Of a stretch of DNA of 64,000 nt, positions 41,159 through 50,713 are shown in pieces (within the stretch, counting starts at the first letter, position 1; each line of letters begins with the position of its first letter). The notes under the pieces were generated by a model. That model ran no database searches and was not told where the DNA came from. It saw only the letters and a list, made by a program, of their open reading frames with translations. Position numbers and translations under genes: made by a program. This stretch comes from a candidate division WOR-3 bacterium (GTDB lineage Bacteria > Hydrothermota > Tepidihabitantia > B3-TA06). Location: contig CBFGKC010000002.1 in assembly GCA_965649265.1 (NCBI GenBank), forward strand, positions 142,921-206,920. The letters run 5' to 3'.

Positions 41159-41410
41159 CTATTCCTCGAGCAGCTTAATCTCAAATACAACTCCGTCGTC
41201 GTCAGGACATGCCGCACGAGTCACCTTGGGGTCGCGCTCCCAGAAGAGCTTTCCGCCCGTCTGCAGCGAAAGCACCAGAGGGAATATGGACGCAAACGCC
41301 GATGTGCATATCCCCGAGGGTGTCGTGCTTCCTATCACGTATTCGTCGCCTATCTTGTGCAGGCCCTCGTTGCAGCGGCCAGACACAACCTTGCAGCTGA
41401 CTTTCTTCAT
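41159..41410 (-). CDS. TIGR04076-like small Cys protein
   Basis: G.C...HKIGD, GIC..AF, ACPD. Confidence 0.75.
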   Translation of the reverse strand: MKKVSCKVVSGRCNEGLHKIGDEYVIGSTTPSGICTSAFASIFPLVLSLQTGGKLFWERDPKVTRAACPDDDGVVFEIKLLEE

Positions 41411-41419
41411 TTCATCCTC

Positions 41420-41854
41420 CTACACGTCAAAAACGACCCGCGCCCGCCAGGAGTCATCCTCTTTGCCGTAAAGGAACTCCTGGTAGGTAACGGTCTTTAC
41501 CTCGTGCAACAGCCTGTGGCGGCTGCGGTCAAGCGTGTCGCCGGCAAGCTCGGCACGAAGCACATACTTATCATCCCTTGTCGCAAGCTCCAGACCCGAA
41601 ACGCCGCGGGTCAGAAAACCCTTCGTATAAAGCAGATAGAGCAGTTCGCGAAGCCAGTCGAGAAAACGCTCTTCGGGACTCTCCGAGCTTATCTCGACCT
41701 TTCGTTCAGCGGCGTCCCGAAGATCACCGGCCTCCACTATCAAAGAGGTCAGCGCCAGCGCCGCGTTCGCGAATAGCTCCTCTTCACTTTGTCCACGGAT
41801 TAAGAGTTCCAGATCGCTCGTGTGATCGAGCGATTCCCAGCCGGGGTCCGTCAC
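41420..41854 (-). CDS. Archease
   Basis: LDHTSD, EVKTVTY, VVFDV. Confidence 0.92.
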   Translation of the reverse strand: MTDPGWESLDHTSDLELLIRGQSEEELFANAALALTSLIVEAGDLRDAAERKVEISSESPEERFLDWLRELLYLLYTKGFLTRGVSGLELATRDDKYVLRAELAGDTLDRSRHRLLHEVKTVTYQEFLYGKEDDSWRARVVFDV

Positions 41855-42615
41855 ACCTTCAGATGCGTGGGAAACAAAACCCTGTGCTGCTCCAGATCTA
41901 TAAGCGCATACCGGCCCCGGAACATGGAACCCGGATTGACCACGAGCGTGGAACTTATAGTGTCCTGACCGGGTGTGCCGTTCACGTCGCCCGAGAAACA
42001 GAACGCCGGCCGGTTGACCTCGATGAGGTCGTTGATGACCTTTGACCCCATGTGCGTATTTCTGGAAGGATCGACGTCAATCCGAGAAATCGGCGGCATG
42101 TGGGAAAGAAGGATTGTATGCTCGGGGTCCTTGCACCAGTCCTGCGGAAGGCTTTTTGCAGCCTTTGCCTCGGACGAACAGTACACCACTTCATCGGTAT
42201 CAAGGGGACCTATTCCTCCGCCCAGGCCGACAAAGGTGTATCCCCCAGACTTGTAAGGCTTTGCATGAACGTTAACGACATTTGTAAAACCCTGGATTGT
42301 ATCCTCAAGCCTTGAAGTCGGGGCGTCAAGATGACCTGGAACAAACACCACAGGCACACCGAAGCCTGCAAGGTTTATGAAGAACTCGCGGTAGGCGAGT
42401 TCTTCGACCACGCTTTCCTGTTCAAGTTCCGGCCTCTTTTTTGAAGAGGCTTTACCTTTTTCCAGTATATGTCTCCATTCTTCCTCACGTACCGGCGAGT
42501 CAATGATGTTGCCCACAAAGGCGATAAGATCGAGCTTCTGCTGCTCCAGGGCTTCCTCAAGAGCCGGCCAGATTCTGTCTCCCCCGGAATAATCCGCAAA
42601 CAAAGCGATTTTCAT
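41851..42615 (-). CDS. Calcineurin-like fold protein with degenerate metal site (TT1561/aq_1956-like)
   Basis: FVGNII, VPGHLDAP, HMPP, GSKVINDLI, VNPG; start 42615 or 42621. Confidence 0.75.
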   Translation of the reverse strand: MKIALFADYSGGDRIWPALEEALEQQKLDLIAFVGNIIDSPVREEEWRHILEKGKASSKKRPELEQESVVEELAYREFFINLAGFGVPVVFVPGHLDAPTSRLEDTIQGFTNVVNVHAKPYKSGGYTFVGLGGGIGPLDTDEVVYCSSEAKAAKSLPQDWCKDPEHTILLSHMPPISRIDVDPSRNTHMGSKVINDLIEVNRPAFCFSGDVNGTPGQDTISSTLVVNPGSMFRGRYALIDLEQHRVLFPTHLKV

Positions 42616-42834
42616 ACCCAAGAGCTTATACGGGATTCAGTAAAAGTCAAGAGTAGGTTCTTCTCATTCGAAACGTTAAGATGAGTCAGAGGAGAGACTT
42701 CGCTCGACAAATCTGCCGTCTCTCCCTGCTTCTGCCAACCTAAAGCAGAGCTTCGAAGGAGTCCCCGTAAGTCCCCAGGTGTTTTTACTGTCCACAATAC
42801 TTGACGAGCCAGGATTCCAGGCGTATGATTATTC

Positions 42835-43962
42835 ATGGATCCCAGATCACTTTTTTCACATACTAAAGAAGTTATCTACTTCAATCACGCGTCATCGGCG
42901 CCGCTTGCGGTGCCCACGAGAGAACGCCTCAAGCATATTGTTGACAAGCTTGCACTTGGCGACTTGCCCTGGGATTTCTGGAAAAAGGAGCTGCGCACCT
43001 TTCGTCTGAACGCCGCAATCCTTCTGAGCGCAAGCCCTTTCGAGATTGGATTCATTCCTAACACCACAATAGGCCTGCTTTCGGCACTTTACACCATTCC
43101 CTTCAAGCTCGGCGACAATATAGTGATGGTTGAGGACAGTTTTCCGGCAAACCGCGTGCCCTGGCAGCGCAATTTGCCTCACGTCGAGAAACGCAGCACG
43201 CAAGTTGAAGGCCCCGGCACACTTGAAGAAAGGCTCATGGCGCTTGCCGATTCGAGAACGAGGGCCATGGTGGTTGACTGGGTTGACTTTTTCACAGGCT
43301 ACCGCGTGGATATCTCGAAACTGGGCGACTTCTGCAGCCAGAAGAGGATATTCCTGGTGGTTGACGGTATTCAGGGCTGCGGTGCTGTAAATCTCGACAT
43401 CTCGGCAGTTAACGTGGATTTCTTTGCGGCATCCTCCGCCAAGTGGCTGCTTGGACCGGTCGGCGCGGGTGTGCTCTATGTCAACAAAAAAACGTTACCT
43501 ATGTTAAAGCCCGGCTTCGAGGGCTGGATGAGTCTTCACTGGGAGGATTTCAACGTTTTCGATCCCTTGCCAGGCTTAAAAGACGGAGCTGCGCGATTTG
43601 AAGCAGGTTCCTACCCTGGTTTGCCACTGGTCGGCTTTGTGGAAAATCTTAGAATCCTGAACTCGATAGGAGTTAAGGAGATTAATCGTAAGATATTCCA
43701 TTTACGAAACTTACTCCTGGAAGGGCTTTTATCGATGGGCGCGGACATCATCTCCCCTATCGACGAAAGCTGCGCATCCGGGATACTTACATTCAGGCTG
43801 AAGGGTCACAGTTCCAAGGCGCTGTGGGTGGTGTTAAATGAAGCTAAAGTAATTTCGTCACTTAGGAAGGACGCCATACGGCTCTCCCCGCATTTTTACA
43901 ATTCCGAGGACGAGGTAGCAAAAGTGCTCGCTGTCATAGGGAAGTTTGCCAGGTCAAGCTAG
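42835..43962 (+). CDS. PLP-dependent class V aminotransferase-fold enzyme
   Basis: YFNHASSAP, VDGIQ, SAKWLLGP, IRLSPHFYN. Confidence 0.88.
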   Translation: MDPRSLFSHTKEVIYFNHASSAPLAVPTRERLKHIVDKLALGDLPWDFWKKELRTFRLNAAILLSASPFEIGFIPNTTIGLLSALYTIPFKLGDNIVMVEDSFPANRVPWQRNLPHVEKRSTQVEGPGTLEERLMALADSRTRAMVVDWVDFFTGYRVDISKLGDFCSQKRIFLVVDGIQGCGAVNLDISAVNVDFFAASSAKWLLGPVGAGVLYVNKKTLPMLKPGFEGWMSLHWEDFNVFDPLPGLKDGAARFEAGSYPGLPLVGFVENLRILNSIGVKEINRKIFHLRNLLLEGLLSMGADIISPIDESCASGILTFRLKGHSSKALWVVLNEAKVISSLRKDAIRLSPHFYNSEDEVAKVLAVIGKFARSS

Positions 43963-43998
43963 TACGCTGCTTAGTTCCAGATTTTTATTCTGACAAAT

Positions 43999-44120
43999 GG
44001 CCCCCTCAAAAAATTGCACAGCGATTTTTTGGGGTGAAAAAAAGCAGGACGAATTCGGGGTCCCCCGCGACTTGAAATACGACGCTTGTGGGGTAACTGC
44101 GGAGCAGACGTCCGGGGTGA
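43999..44120 (+). repeat. Two GGGGTCCCC-type REP-like palindromes
   Basis: GGCCCCCTCAAAAAATTGC..GCGATTTTTTGGGGTGAA and GGGGTCCCCCGCGA..TTGTGGGGTAA. Confidence 0.6.
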
Positions 44121-44155
44121 AAACCAAGAGCTGGTTTAATCCAGCGCGTCAAAAA

Positions 44156-44333
44156 TGTGGATAACTAAGTAGGACAAAAGTGGGACAGAAGATGGTCAGA
44201 AGATGGACAAAACGGCAAATTTGCCATCCAAAATGACCCAATTATAGGGGCAAATTTAGAACCGCCACTCGGGGCGGTAGGTTTTCTCAGGGTATTTTTC
44301 GATGAAAAAAAGTGGGACAAAAGTTGGACAAAA
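44156..44333 (+). repeat. DnaA box plus 11-bp-phased GGACAAAA direct repeats
   Basis: TGTGGATAA at 44156; repeat units at 44172, 44183, 44194, 44205, 44315, 44326. Confidence 0.6.
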
Positions 44334-44429
44334 CCGAGATTTTCAGGAGGATTTTGGGGCTTTTTGGAGAGAAAAACAGGCCGATTTTGAGGGAAGGTTT
44401 GCCGACTGAAAATTAAAATCAGGGCAAAC

Positions 44430-44980
44430 TTCTGAACTGCCGCCGAGGCGGCAGTCGCTCCCTTTTGAAGGGAGGTGGCCGACCCGGCCGGTGGGATTTC
44501 CGGTCGTTCCCCCTCCTTAACGAACGGGTATCCTCCTTCGGAGTCCTTAGGGGACAGTGAAGGCCTTGTCACACATCCGTCACCCTGAGGCCGAAGGCCG
44601 TGAGGGTCTCATGATGATTCAGCAAAGCCCGGAAAGTGTGAATGAGATGGCTCCCTCCGTTCGCCTTCCAGACTCACGTCCTAACGCCTCCGGCGTTACT
44701 CCTCAGAATGACATGATGACCGGTTTTTTTTAAATCCCCCTCCTTGACGGAGGGGGGAGAGGGGATTTCCGTATCGGTCATTGCGAGCCTTCGAAGAAGG
44801 CGTGGCTCCGAAGGGTGAGCGAAGAGAACCATCTCATAAGCTGTATCTGAATTTTTACGGAAGAGAGCCATGTGTTTTGAGCTTTGTGCCAAGGAATCGC
44901 CACAGGAGCTAGAAGCCCCTTCGCGATGACGAACAGGGTCGTTGTTTCCCCCTCCTCGACGGAGGGGGGAGGGGGAGGTG
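44430..44980. repeat. Cluster of palindromic intergenic elements
   Basis: GTCACCCTGAG...CTCAGAATGAC (about 44579-44712), GTCATTGCGAG...TTCGCGATGAC (about 44777-44930), and CCCCTCC.YGACGGAGGGG hairpins. Confidence 0.65.
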
Positions 44981-44999
44981 AAGGTTTAAGCAAAGAACT

Positions 45000-45839
45000 T
45001 TACTTTACAGGTGGGTGACAGCTTTCCATAATGCTATCTATAGTTGGAGTATTCAGGTAATATGGTGGGATTACTATTACGAAATCATAACTGGAAAGTC
45101 TTTTATCAGACCTGTCTAGAAGTACTGGACTGAACTCCGTTATGAGAAATCCTTTGAAGACACCATGCCCTCTGTTCGTTTCATCTTGATTATATTGGCC
45201 TGGGGCGGTATATTTTTCTTTAAAGACAACGCCTATCAAACCTTCCGTAGCAGCAAGATACAATCTTAACCCGTTAAGTTGTTCGCTGTAAAAAACTCGC
45301 GCAGACGGATTTGTACCACCTTTTTCCGTTGAAAGCAATTTGTGTGCTAAAAACCAATTGGTATCATTTGTGGGTTTTAATCGATAATAATTAATTGCGT
45401 ATTCTTGAAAAAGACTCTTTCTTTTATTATAGGAGAGAAAATCGTGAAGAGCCTCGGCTTCTTTTTTTGCTATAGAATCACCTTCAAGGTAAATTATTAG
45501 GCAAGTGTCATTGAGTTTATACTCCGTCTTTTTGACAGTCGTTTCTTTGCTTGGAGCCAATACTGATGAAGGTTTCCACGAGTTATCCTTTGGTTTTTCC
45601 GCTCCCGGAATTTCTTGGTTTGCTGTATCCACTCTGGAAGATGTTTCATTGTCGGAAACGATAAGCTGCGAGTCGTGCAGGGAAGATTCTTCTTTTTGGT
45701 GTTTCTCGACGGTACCAAATATCTTGTCCCAAAGAAGGAATCCGACAGGTATCGCGGTAACAATAACACCCACCAGTGATATCCATAAAACACGAATAGC
45801 AATTTGTCGATTTGTAAGTTTCTTCTTTTTTACCCTCAT
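45000..45839 (-). CDS. Hypothetical single-TM protein, AT-rich
   Basis: Basic N-terminus, TM helix, S/E/K-rich linker; promoter TTGACA-16-TAAGAT ends 6 nt before the ATG. Confidence 0.65.
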   Translation of the reverse strand: MRVKKKKLTNRQIAIRVLWISLVGVIVTAIPVGFLLWDKIFGTVEKHQKEESSLHDSQLIVSDNETSSRVDTANQEIPGAEKPKDNSWKPSSVLAPSKETTVKKTEYKLNDTCLIIYLEGDSIAKKEAEALHDFLSYNKRKSLFQEYAINYYRLKPTNDTNWFLAHKLLSTEKGGTNPSARVFYSEQLNGLRLYLAATEGLIGVVFKEKYTAPGQYNQDETNRGHGVFKGFLITEFSPVLLDRSDKRLSSYDFVIVIPPYYLNTPTIDSIMESCHPPVK

Positions 45840-45899
45840 ACTCAAATCTTACCCCTCCTCCTCTTTTTGTCAATCCTTAGTTATGGTTAAAGGTGAGTT

Positions 45900-46240
45900 A
45901 GCTAGCGGCCAGAGGCCGCATTGGCCGAACGCTCACGTTCGGCAAACGCTCTTCCAGAGCGTCCCTCACCCCTCCCCTGAAGGGGGAGGGGGATACGGGT
46001 CATCTCCCGCCGGGAGGGGGTGTTACGGGGGGCGCCGGTGTTACGGGCCCTCTCCCATCGGGAGAGGGTGGGATCGATTTCATAAGGAACATTCACTTCG
46101 TGAATTGCCGCCCGAGGCGGCTTGCGGAACTCATGCGCTTCCAGCGCTAGTTCCGCCCATGCCCCTCCGGGGCTAACTCGCAAAGACATCAATCGGCGTA
46201 CGGGGTCCCCGAAGAAATGCTCCGCATTTCTTCGGGGTAA
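45900..46240. repeat. Palindromic elements (CCCCTCCCC..GGGGAGGGG and GGGGTCCCC types)
   Basis: Hairpins near 45969-45992, 46004-46020, 46048-46068 and 46202-46240. Confidence 0.6.
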
Positions 46241-46308
46241 TTTAGCGGGTTGACTTTTTCTTTCTATTATGTATTCTCAACTCTACATTCAAGCTTATAG
46301 GAGGAAAT

Positions 46309-47400
46309 GTGCCAGAGTTCCGCGTGCTAGCCGTCAACCCGGGTTCGACCTCGACCAAGATTGCAGTTTACGACAATCAGAACAAGGTTTTTTCGGTTAA
46401 TCTTACGCATCCGGCTGAGGAAATCTCGAAGTTTCCGAAGATCATAGACCAGTACGATTTCAGGCGCAAGGTGATCCTCGAGACGCTGACCAGCCAGGGG
46501 ATTGATCCCAAAACCATCTCGGCGGTCGTGGGCCGCGGCGGACTCCTGCGCTCCATCCCGGGCGGAACGTACCGGGTGGACGAGCGGATGCTTGAGGATT
46601 TGAAGGCGGGCGTCCAGGGCGAGCACGCGTCCAATCTGGGAGGGTTGATCGCGCACTCGCTGGCCGAACCGATGGGGATCCCGTCGTTCATCGTGGACCC
46701 GGTGGTCGTGGACGAACTTGAACCCCTTGCCCGCTTCACGGGCAGGCCTGAGATAAAGAGGCGCAGCATTTTTCACGCCCTCAACCATAAGGCAATAGCC
46801 CGGCGCGCGGCGAAGGATATGGGTAAGGCATACGAGGACGTCAATTTGATAGTCGCGCACCTTGGAGGAGGCATTTCGATTGCCGCGCACAAGAAGGGAA
46901 AAGTGGTGGACGTCAACAACGCCCTTAACGGCGACGGCCCCATAGCGCCCGAACGCGCGGGCAGCCTTCCGGCATGGGATTTGATATGCGCCGTTTTGGA
47001 AGGCGGTTACACCAAGGACGACTGGCGCAAGATGCTTGCAGGAAAGGGCGGGGTTGTGGCGTATCTGGGGATAAACGACATGAGGGACGTTGAGGAGCGA
47101 ATCAAGCAGGGCGACGAACGCGCGCGTGAGATTCTCGAGGCGGTCGCGTTCACCTGCTCGAAGGAGATAGCCGCCCGCGCCGCCGTGCTCGAGGGAAAGG
47201 TGGACGCTGTGGTCTTGACAGGAGGCCTTGCCTACGATAAGCTGTTCGTGAGCTGGGTCGAGGCGCGTGTCGGATTCATAGCCCTTGTCAAGGTTTACCC
47301 GGGCGAGGACGAGATGCAGGCCCTGGCCGAAGGCGCGCTCAGGGTCCTGGGAGGAGAAGAAAAGGCAAAAACGTACAGCGAAGAGATCAAGGAGGCATGA
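46309..47400 (+). CDS. buk: Butyrate (branched-chain carboxylate) kinase
   Basis: NPGSTSTK, GRGG, HASNLG, HALNHK, HLGGGIS, YPGEDEM. Confidence 0.96.
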   Translation: MPEFRVLAVNPGSTSTKIAVYDNQNKVFSVNLTHPAEEISKFPKIIDQYDFRRKVILETLTSQGIDPKTISAVVGRGGLLRSIPGGTYRVDERMLEDLKAGVQGEHASNLGGLIAHSLAEPMGIPSFIVDPVVVDELEPLARFTGRPEIKRRSIFHALNHKAIARRAAKDMGKAYEDVNLIVAHLGGGISIAAHKKGKVVDVNNALNGDGPIAPERAGSLPAWDLICAVLEGGYTKDDWRKMLAGKGGVVAYLGINDMRDVEERIKQGDERAREILEAVAFTCSKEIAARAAVLEGKVDAVVLTGGLAYDKLFVSWVEARVGFIALVKVYPGEDEMQALAEGALRVLGGEEKAKTYSEEIKEA

Positions 47401-48347
47401 TGGCCGTAACGAAATTGAGCGAACTTGTCACGAAGGTAAAGAGCCTTCCAAAGATGCGGGTGTCGGTTGCGGCGGGCGAGGACCCTCACACCATTGAAGC
47501 GGTCGCGCGCGGGGTTACCGAGGGCATGATAGACGCGACGCTCACGGGTGAAGAGGCAAAGATAAAGGAAGTCGCAAAGAAGTACAAGATTGACCCTGGG
47601 ATCTTTCACATAATCGACGAGCCGGACAAGATGAAGGCAGCCCAGAAGGCGGTCGAACTCGTGCACGAGGGCAAGGCCGACTTTCTCATGAAGGGCCTCG
47701 TGGACTCTGCCGTTTACATGAGGGCGATTCTCGACAAGGAGAAGGGGCTTCTGCCTCCGGGCAAGACGCTCTCGCACGTGACCGTGATAGGCGACATCGC
47801 CGCCTACCCCAAGCTCCTGATCTCGACCGACGTCGCGGTGCTTATTGCGCCCGATTTGGGACAGAAGGTGGAGATGATAGGTTACGCGGTCAACATCGCG
47901 CACCGGCTGGACATAGTAAACCCGAAGGTGGCCGTCATCGCCGCTGTGGAGAAAGTTAATCCCAAGATGTGCTGCACTATGGATGCGGCGGTTCTGACCC
48001 AGATGAACCGGCGCGGACAGATAAAGGGCTGCATAGTGGACGGCCCGCTGGCGATGGACCTTGCCGTGTCGATGGAATCGAAGGAAATCAAGGGGGTCAC
48101 GAGCGACGTGGCAGGCGACGCTGACGTTTTGATTTTCCCCGACATAGAGGCCGGAAACATCTTCTACAAGGCGGCCGCGCACCTTGCCGGCGCGCACGTG
48201 GCGGCGATAGTGACCGGCGCAAAGGTGCCGTGCATTCTGACCTCGAGAGGTGACGACGAGGATTCGAAATTCTACTCCATCGCGCTTGCGGCGCTGATGG
48301 CTGGAAAACCCGTAACACCCGTAACACCCGTAACACCACGCCCGTAA
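47397..48347 (+). CDS. ptb: Phosphate butyryltransferase, paralog 2
   Basis: LMKG, VDGPLAMDLAVS, GNIFYK, LTSRGD; coupled to buk. Confidence 0.92.
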   Translation: MMAVTKLSELVTKVKSLPKMRVSVAAGEDPHTIEAVARGVTEGMIDATLTGEEAKIKEVAKKYKIDPGIFHIIDEPDKMKAAQKAVELVHEGKADFLMKGLVDSAVYMRAILDKEKGLLPPGKTLSHVTVIGDIAAYPKLLISTDVAVLIAPDLGQKVEMIGYAVNIAHRLDIVNPKVAVIAAVEKVNPKMCCTMDAAVLTQMNRRGQIKGCIVDGPLAMDLAVSMESKEIKGVTSDVAGDADVLIFPDIEAGNIFYKAAAHLAGAHVAAIVTGAKVPCILTSRGDDEDSKFYSIALAALMAGKPVTPVTPVTPRP

Positions 48348-48415
48348 CACATGGCCCGTAACGCGCGGCCCGTGACATGCGGCTCGTGGCATGCGGCTCG
48401 TGGCATGCGGCACCC
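48309..48415 (+). repeat. CCCGTAACA tandem repeats plus CATGCGGCTCGTGG repeats
   Basis: Directly visible; the first units encode PVTPVTPVT in ptb. Confidence 0.8.
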
Positions 48416-48487
48416 GGTCGTTATACGTGGCGACCTGCTGTTACACACGGCATGCGTTTCGACACCGCTATCCGAAGTGTCGAAGAC

Positions 48488-48659
48488 GGGGTCCCCAAGC
48501 GAGAGCGAAGCTATCGTTTGGGGTAAAAGACGGGGTCCTCAAGCGAGAGCGAAGCTATCGTTTGGGGAAAAAGGCGGGGTCCTCAAGCGAGAGCGAAGCT
48601 ATCGTTTGGGGTAAAAGGCGGGGTACCCAAAGAAATGCCGTGCATTTTTTTGGGGTGAA
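48488..48659 (+). repeat. Tandem array of four 44-bp palindromic units
   Basis: GGGGTCCYCAAGCGAGAGCGAAGCTATCGTTTGGGG at 48488, 48532 and 48576, variant at 48620; no spacers. Confidence 0.85.
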
Positions 48660-48717
48660 GAACAATGGATAACGATTCTTTAGGGAGTAACAGTACTCCC
48701 AAGGAGTAAAACTTACT

Positions 48718-49704
48718 ATGAAGTTCTTAAAAAGATTCAAGATACTGGGGACGGGCTCGTACCTGCCGGAGAAGATACTTACGAACCAGGATCTTGAGAA
48801 GATGGTCGACACCTCGGACGAGTGGATAAAGACCCGCACCGGGATTTCCACCCGTCACATCGTGACCGAACTCCAGGCGACATCCGACCTCGTTATAGAG
48901 GCTGCGAAGGAAGCCCTCAAGAACGCCGGCATTGCGGCGTCCGCGCTCGGTGCGATCATTATAGGAACGATCTCGCCCGACACGCTGTTCCCATCGACGG
49001 CATGCTGGGTACAGCGCGCGTTGAACGTGCCCGGGATACCGGCGTTCGACGTCTCGGCGGCATGCTCGGGATTTTTATATTCTATGGACATCGGCGCATC
49101 GATGCTTTCGACGATCGCCAAACCCATTCTCGTCGCAGGCGCTGACATACTCACGAAGATTACGGACTGGAAGGACCGCGCCTCGTGCGTTCTGTTCGGC
49201 GACGGCGCAGGCGTGGCCATCATAGGCCCGACAGATGAGGACCGGGGGTACCTCTCATCCATAACCGGAGCCGACGGCTCCCTCGGCGACCTCCTGATTC
49301 AGCCTGCCGGAGGTTCAAGGATGCCTGCAAGTCACGAGACCGTGGATAAGAATCTGCACACGATACAGATGAAGGGTAACGAAATTTTCAAGTACGCGGT
49401 CCGCACCATGGGCGACGCGGCCGAGGCGGCGCTTGCACAGGCGGGCGTGACCGCTAAGGACATCACGCTCTTCGTGCCGCACCAGGCCAACATAAGGATC
49501 ATCGAATCCACGTGCAAACGCACGGAAATACCAATGGAGAAGACCCACGTGACTATCTCATGGCACGGCAACATGTCCGCGGGAACAATACCCGTAGCAT
49601 TTCACGATGCGATTTCCAAGGGACTCATCCAGCGCGACGACCTTGTGCTGTTCGCGGCGTTCGGCGGCGGCTTCACGTGGGGCGCCGGGGTGCTGCGCTA
49701 CTGA
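48718..49704 (+). CDS. fabH: 3-oxoacyl-ACP synthase III
   Basis: AACSGF, LFGDGAG, PHQAN, GNMSA, FGGG. Confidence 0.96.
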   Translation: MKFLKRFKILGTGSYLPEKILTNQDLEKMVDTSDEWIKTRTGISTRHIVTELQATSDLVIEAAKEALKNAGIAASALGAIIIGTISPDTLFPSTACWVQRALNVPGIPAFDVSAACSGFLYSMDIGASMLSTIAKPILVAGADILTKITDWKDRASCVLFGDGAGVAIIGPTDEDRGYLSSITGADGSLGDLLIQPAGGSRMPASHETVDKNLHTIQMKGNEIFKYAVRTMGDAAEAALAQAGVTAKDITLFVPHQANIRIIESTCKRTEIPMEKTHVTISWHGNMSAGTIPVAFHDAISKGLIQRDDLVLFAAFGGGFTWGAGVLRY

Positions 49705-49868
49705 GACCCGGGGGACATGAAAACCCATTCCACGTCTATCGCTATGAACGCAGGAATCATGTTGCTTATAGGACAAAGAGACATTTTGAGTGCGGCCTAT
49801 GGCCGCATTATTTTTGTAAATTGGTTTAAAGCGGCGGAGCCGCTTTAAACCAAAAAATTGGAGGCTAG

Positions 49869-50432
49869 ATGATAGAGATACGCTTCCACGGACGCGGCGG
49901 TCAGGGCACCGTGATAGCCTCAAAGGCTCTCGCGGTGGCCGTTGCAAAGGAAGGCCGCTTCGTTCAGACCTTCCCCGAGTACGGCGTCGAGCGCCGCGGA
50001 GCGCCGGTTGTGGCCTTTACCCGCATCGACGACAATCCCATATACATACGCTCGAAGATTTACCAACCCGACCACCTGGTCGTTCTGGAGCCTACCCTCA
50101 TAGGTGTAATAGACGTCACCGAGGGGCTCAAGCCGGGCGGCTGGATCATAATAAACACCGACAAGAGCCCCAGGGACTTCCCGAAGTTCGCGAACTTCAA
50201 GACGGCGACCATAGACGCGACGTCCATTGCCGTCAAGTACGGGCTCGGCTCGAAGGCGGCGCCGATCGTGAACACGGCAATCCTGGGCGCGTTCGCGAAG
50301 ATAACGGGATTCGTCGGAATGGACGCGGTGCGCGAGGCGGTCAAGGAACTCTCGCCCGTGAAGCCCGAGGACAACATCAAGGCCGCGGAAGAAGCATACC
50401 AGGCTGCAGAGGCGCCCAAGGAGAAGAAATGA
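49869..50432 (+). CDS. porC: 2-oxoacid:ferredoxin oxidoreductase gamma subunit
   Basis: EIRFHGRGGQG, YGVERRGAP. Confidence 0.93.
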   Translation: MIEIRFHGRGGQGTVIASKALAVAVAKEGRFVQTFPEYGVERRGAPVVAFTRIDDNPIYIRSKIYQPDHLVVLEPTLIGVIDVTEGLKPGGWIIINTDKSPRDFPKFANFKTATIDATSIAVKYGLGSKAAPIVNTAILGAFAKITGFVGMDAVREAVKELSPVKPEDNIKAAEEAYQAAEAPKEKK

Positions 50433-50713
50433 GCAAAGAGATAAAATGGGAACGCGAGCGGGATATGCCGCCCATGGCAATGTCGCTCGGACGCATGACC
50501 GTCAACAAGACGGGCTCGTGGCGCAACCTGAGGCCGGTGGTCGACAAGGAAAAATGCATCAAATGCGGCATCTGCTGGAAGTTTTGCCCCGACGTTTCTA
50601 TAGAGATAGATAAGGACGATTACCCTGTGGTCGTGCTCGACTTCTGCAAGGGCTGCGGCATATGCGCGGTGGAGTGCCCCAAGGACGCCATCGCGATGGT
50701 GAAGGAGGACTGA
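50429..50713 (+). CDS. porD: 2-oxoacid:ferredoxin oxidoreductase delta subunit
   Basis: TGSWR and two CxxCxxCxxxCP motifs. Confidence 0.93.
   Translation: MSKEIKWERERDMPPMAMSLGRMTVNKTGSWRNLRPVVDKEKCIKCGICWKFCPDVSIEIDKDDYPVVVLDFCKGCGICAVECPKDAIAMVKED

Noticed and set aside
42600-44400. Calling oriC at the strand switch
   Set aside because: Only one clear DnaA box and no dnaA/dnaN nearby; kept only as a repeat observation.
44165-44993. ORFs in the repeat-rich gap (also 45902-46192, 48351-48672, 59260-59487, 63613-63891)
   Set aside because: They translate repeats and palindromes and lack convincing RBS or protein-like composition.
47295-48413. Long antisense ORFs (also 50620-51828, 26226-26942, 54861-55670, 57153-57929)
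   Set aside because: They are shadows of well-supported GC-rich genes on the opposite strand and have no motifs.
48488-48659. Possible CRISPR array
   Set aside because: The 44-bp units abut with no unique spacers, there are no cas genes, and the units belong to the dispersed palindrome family.
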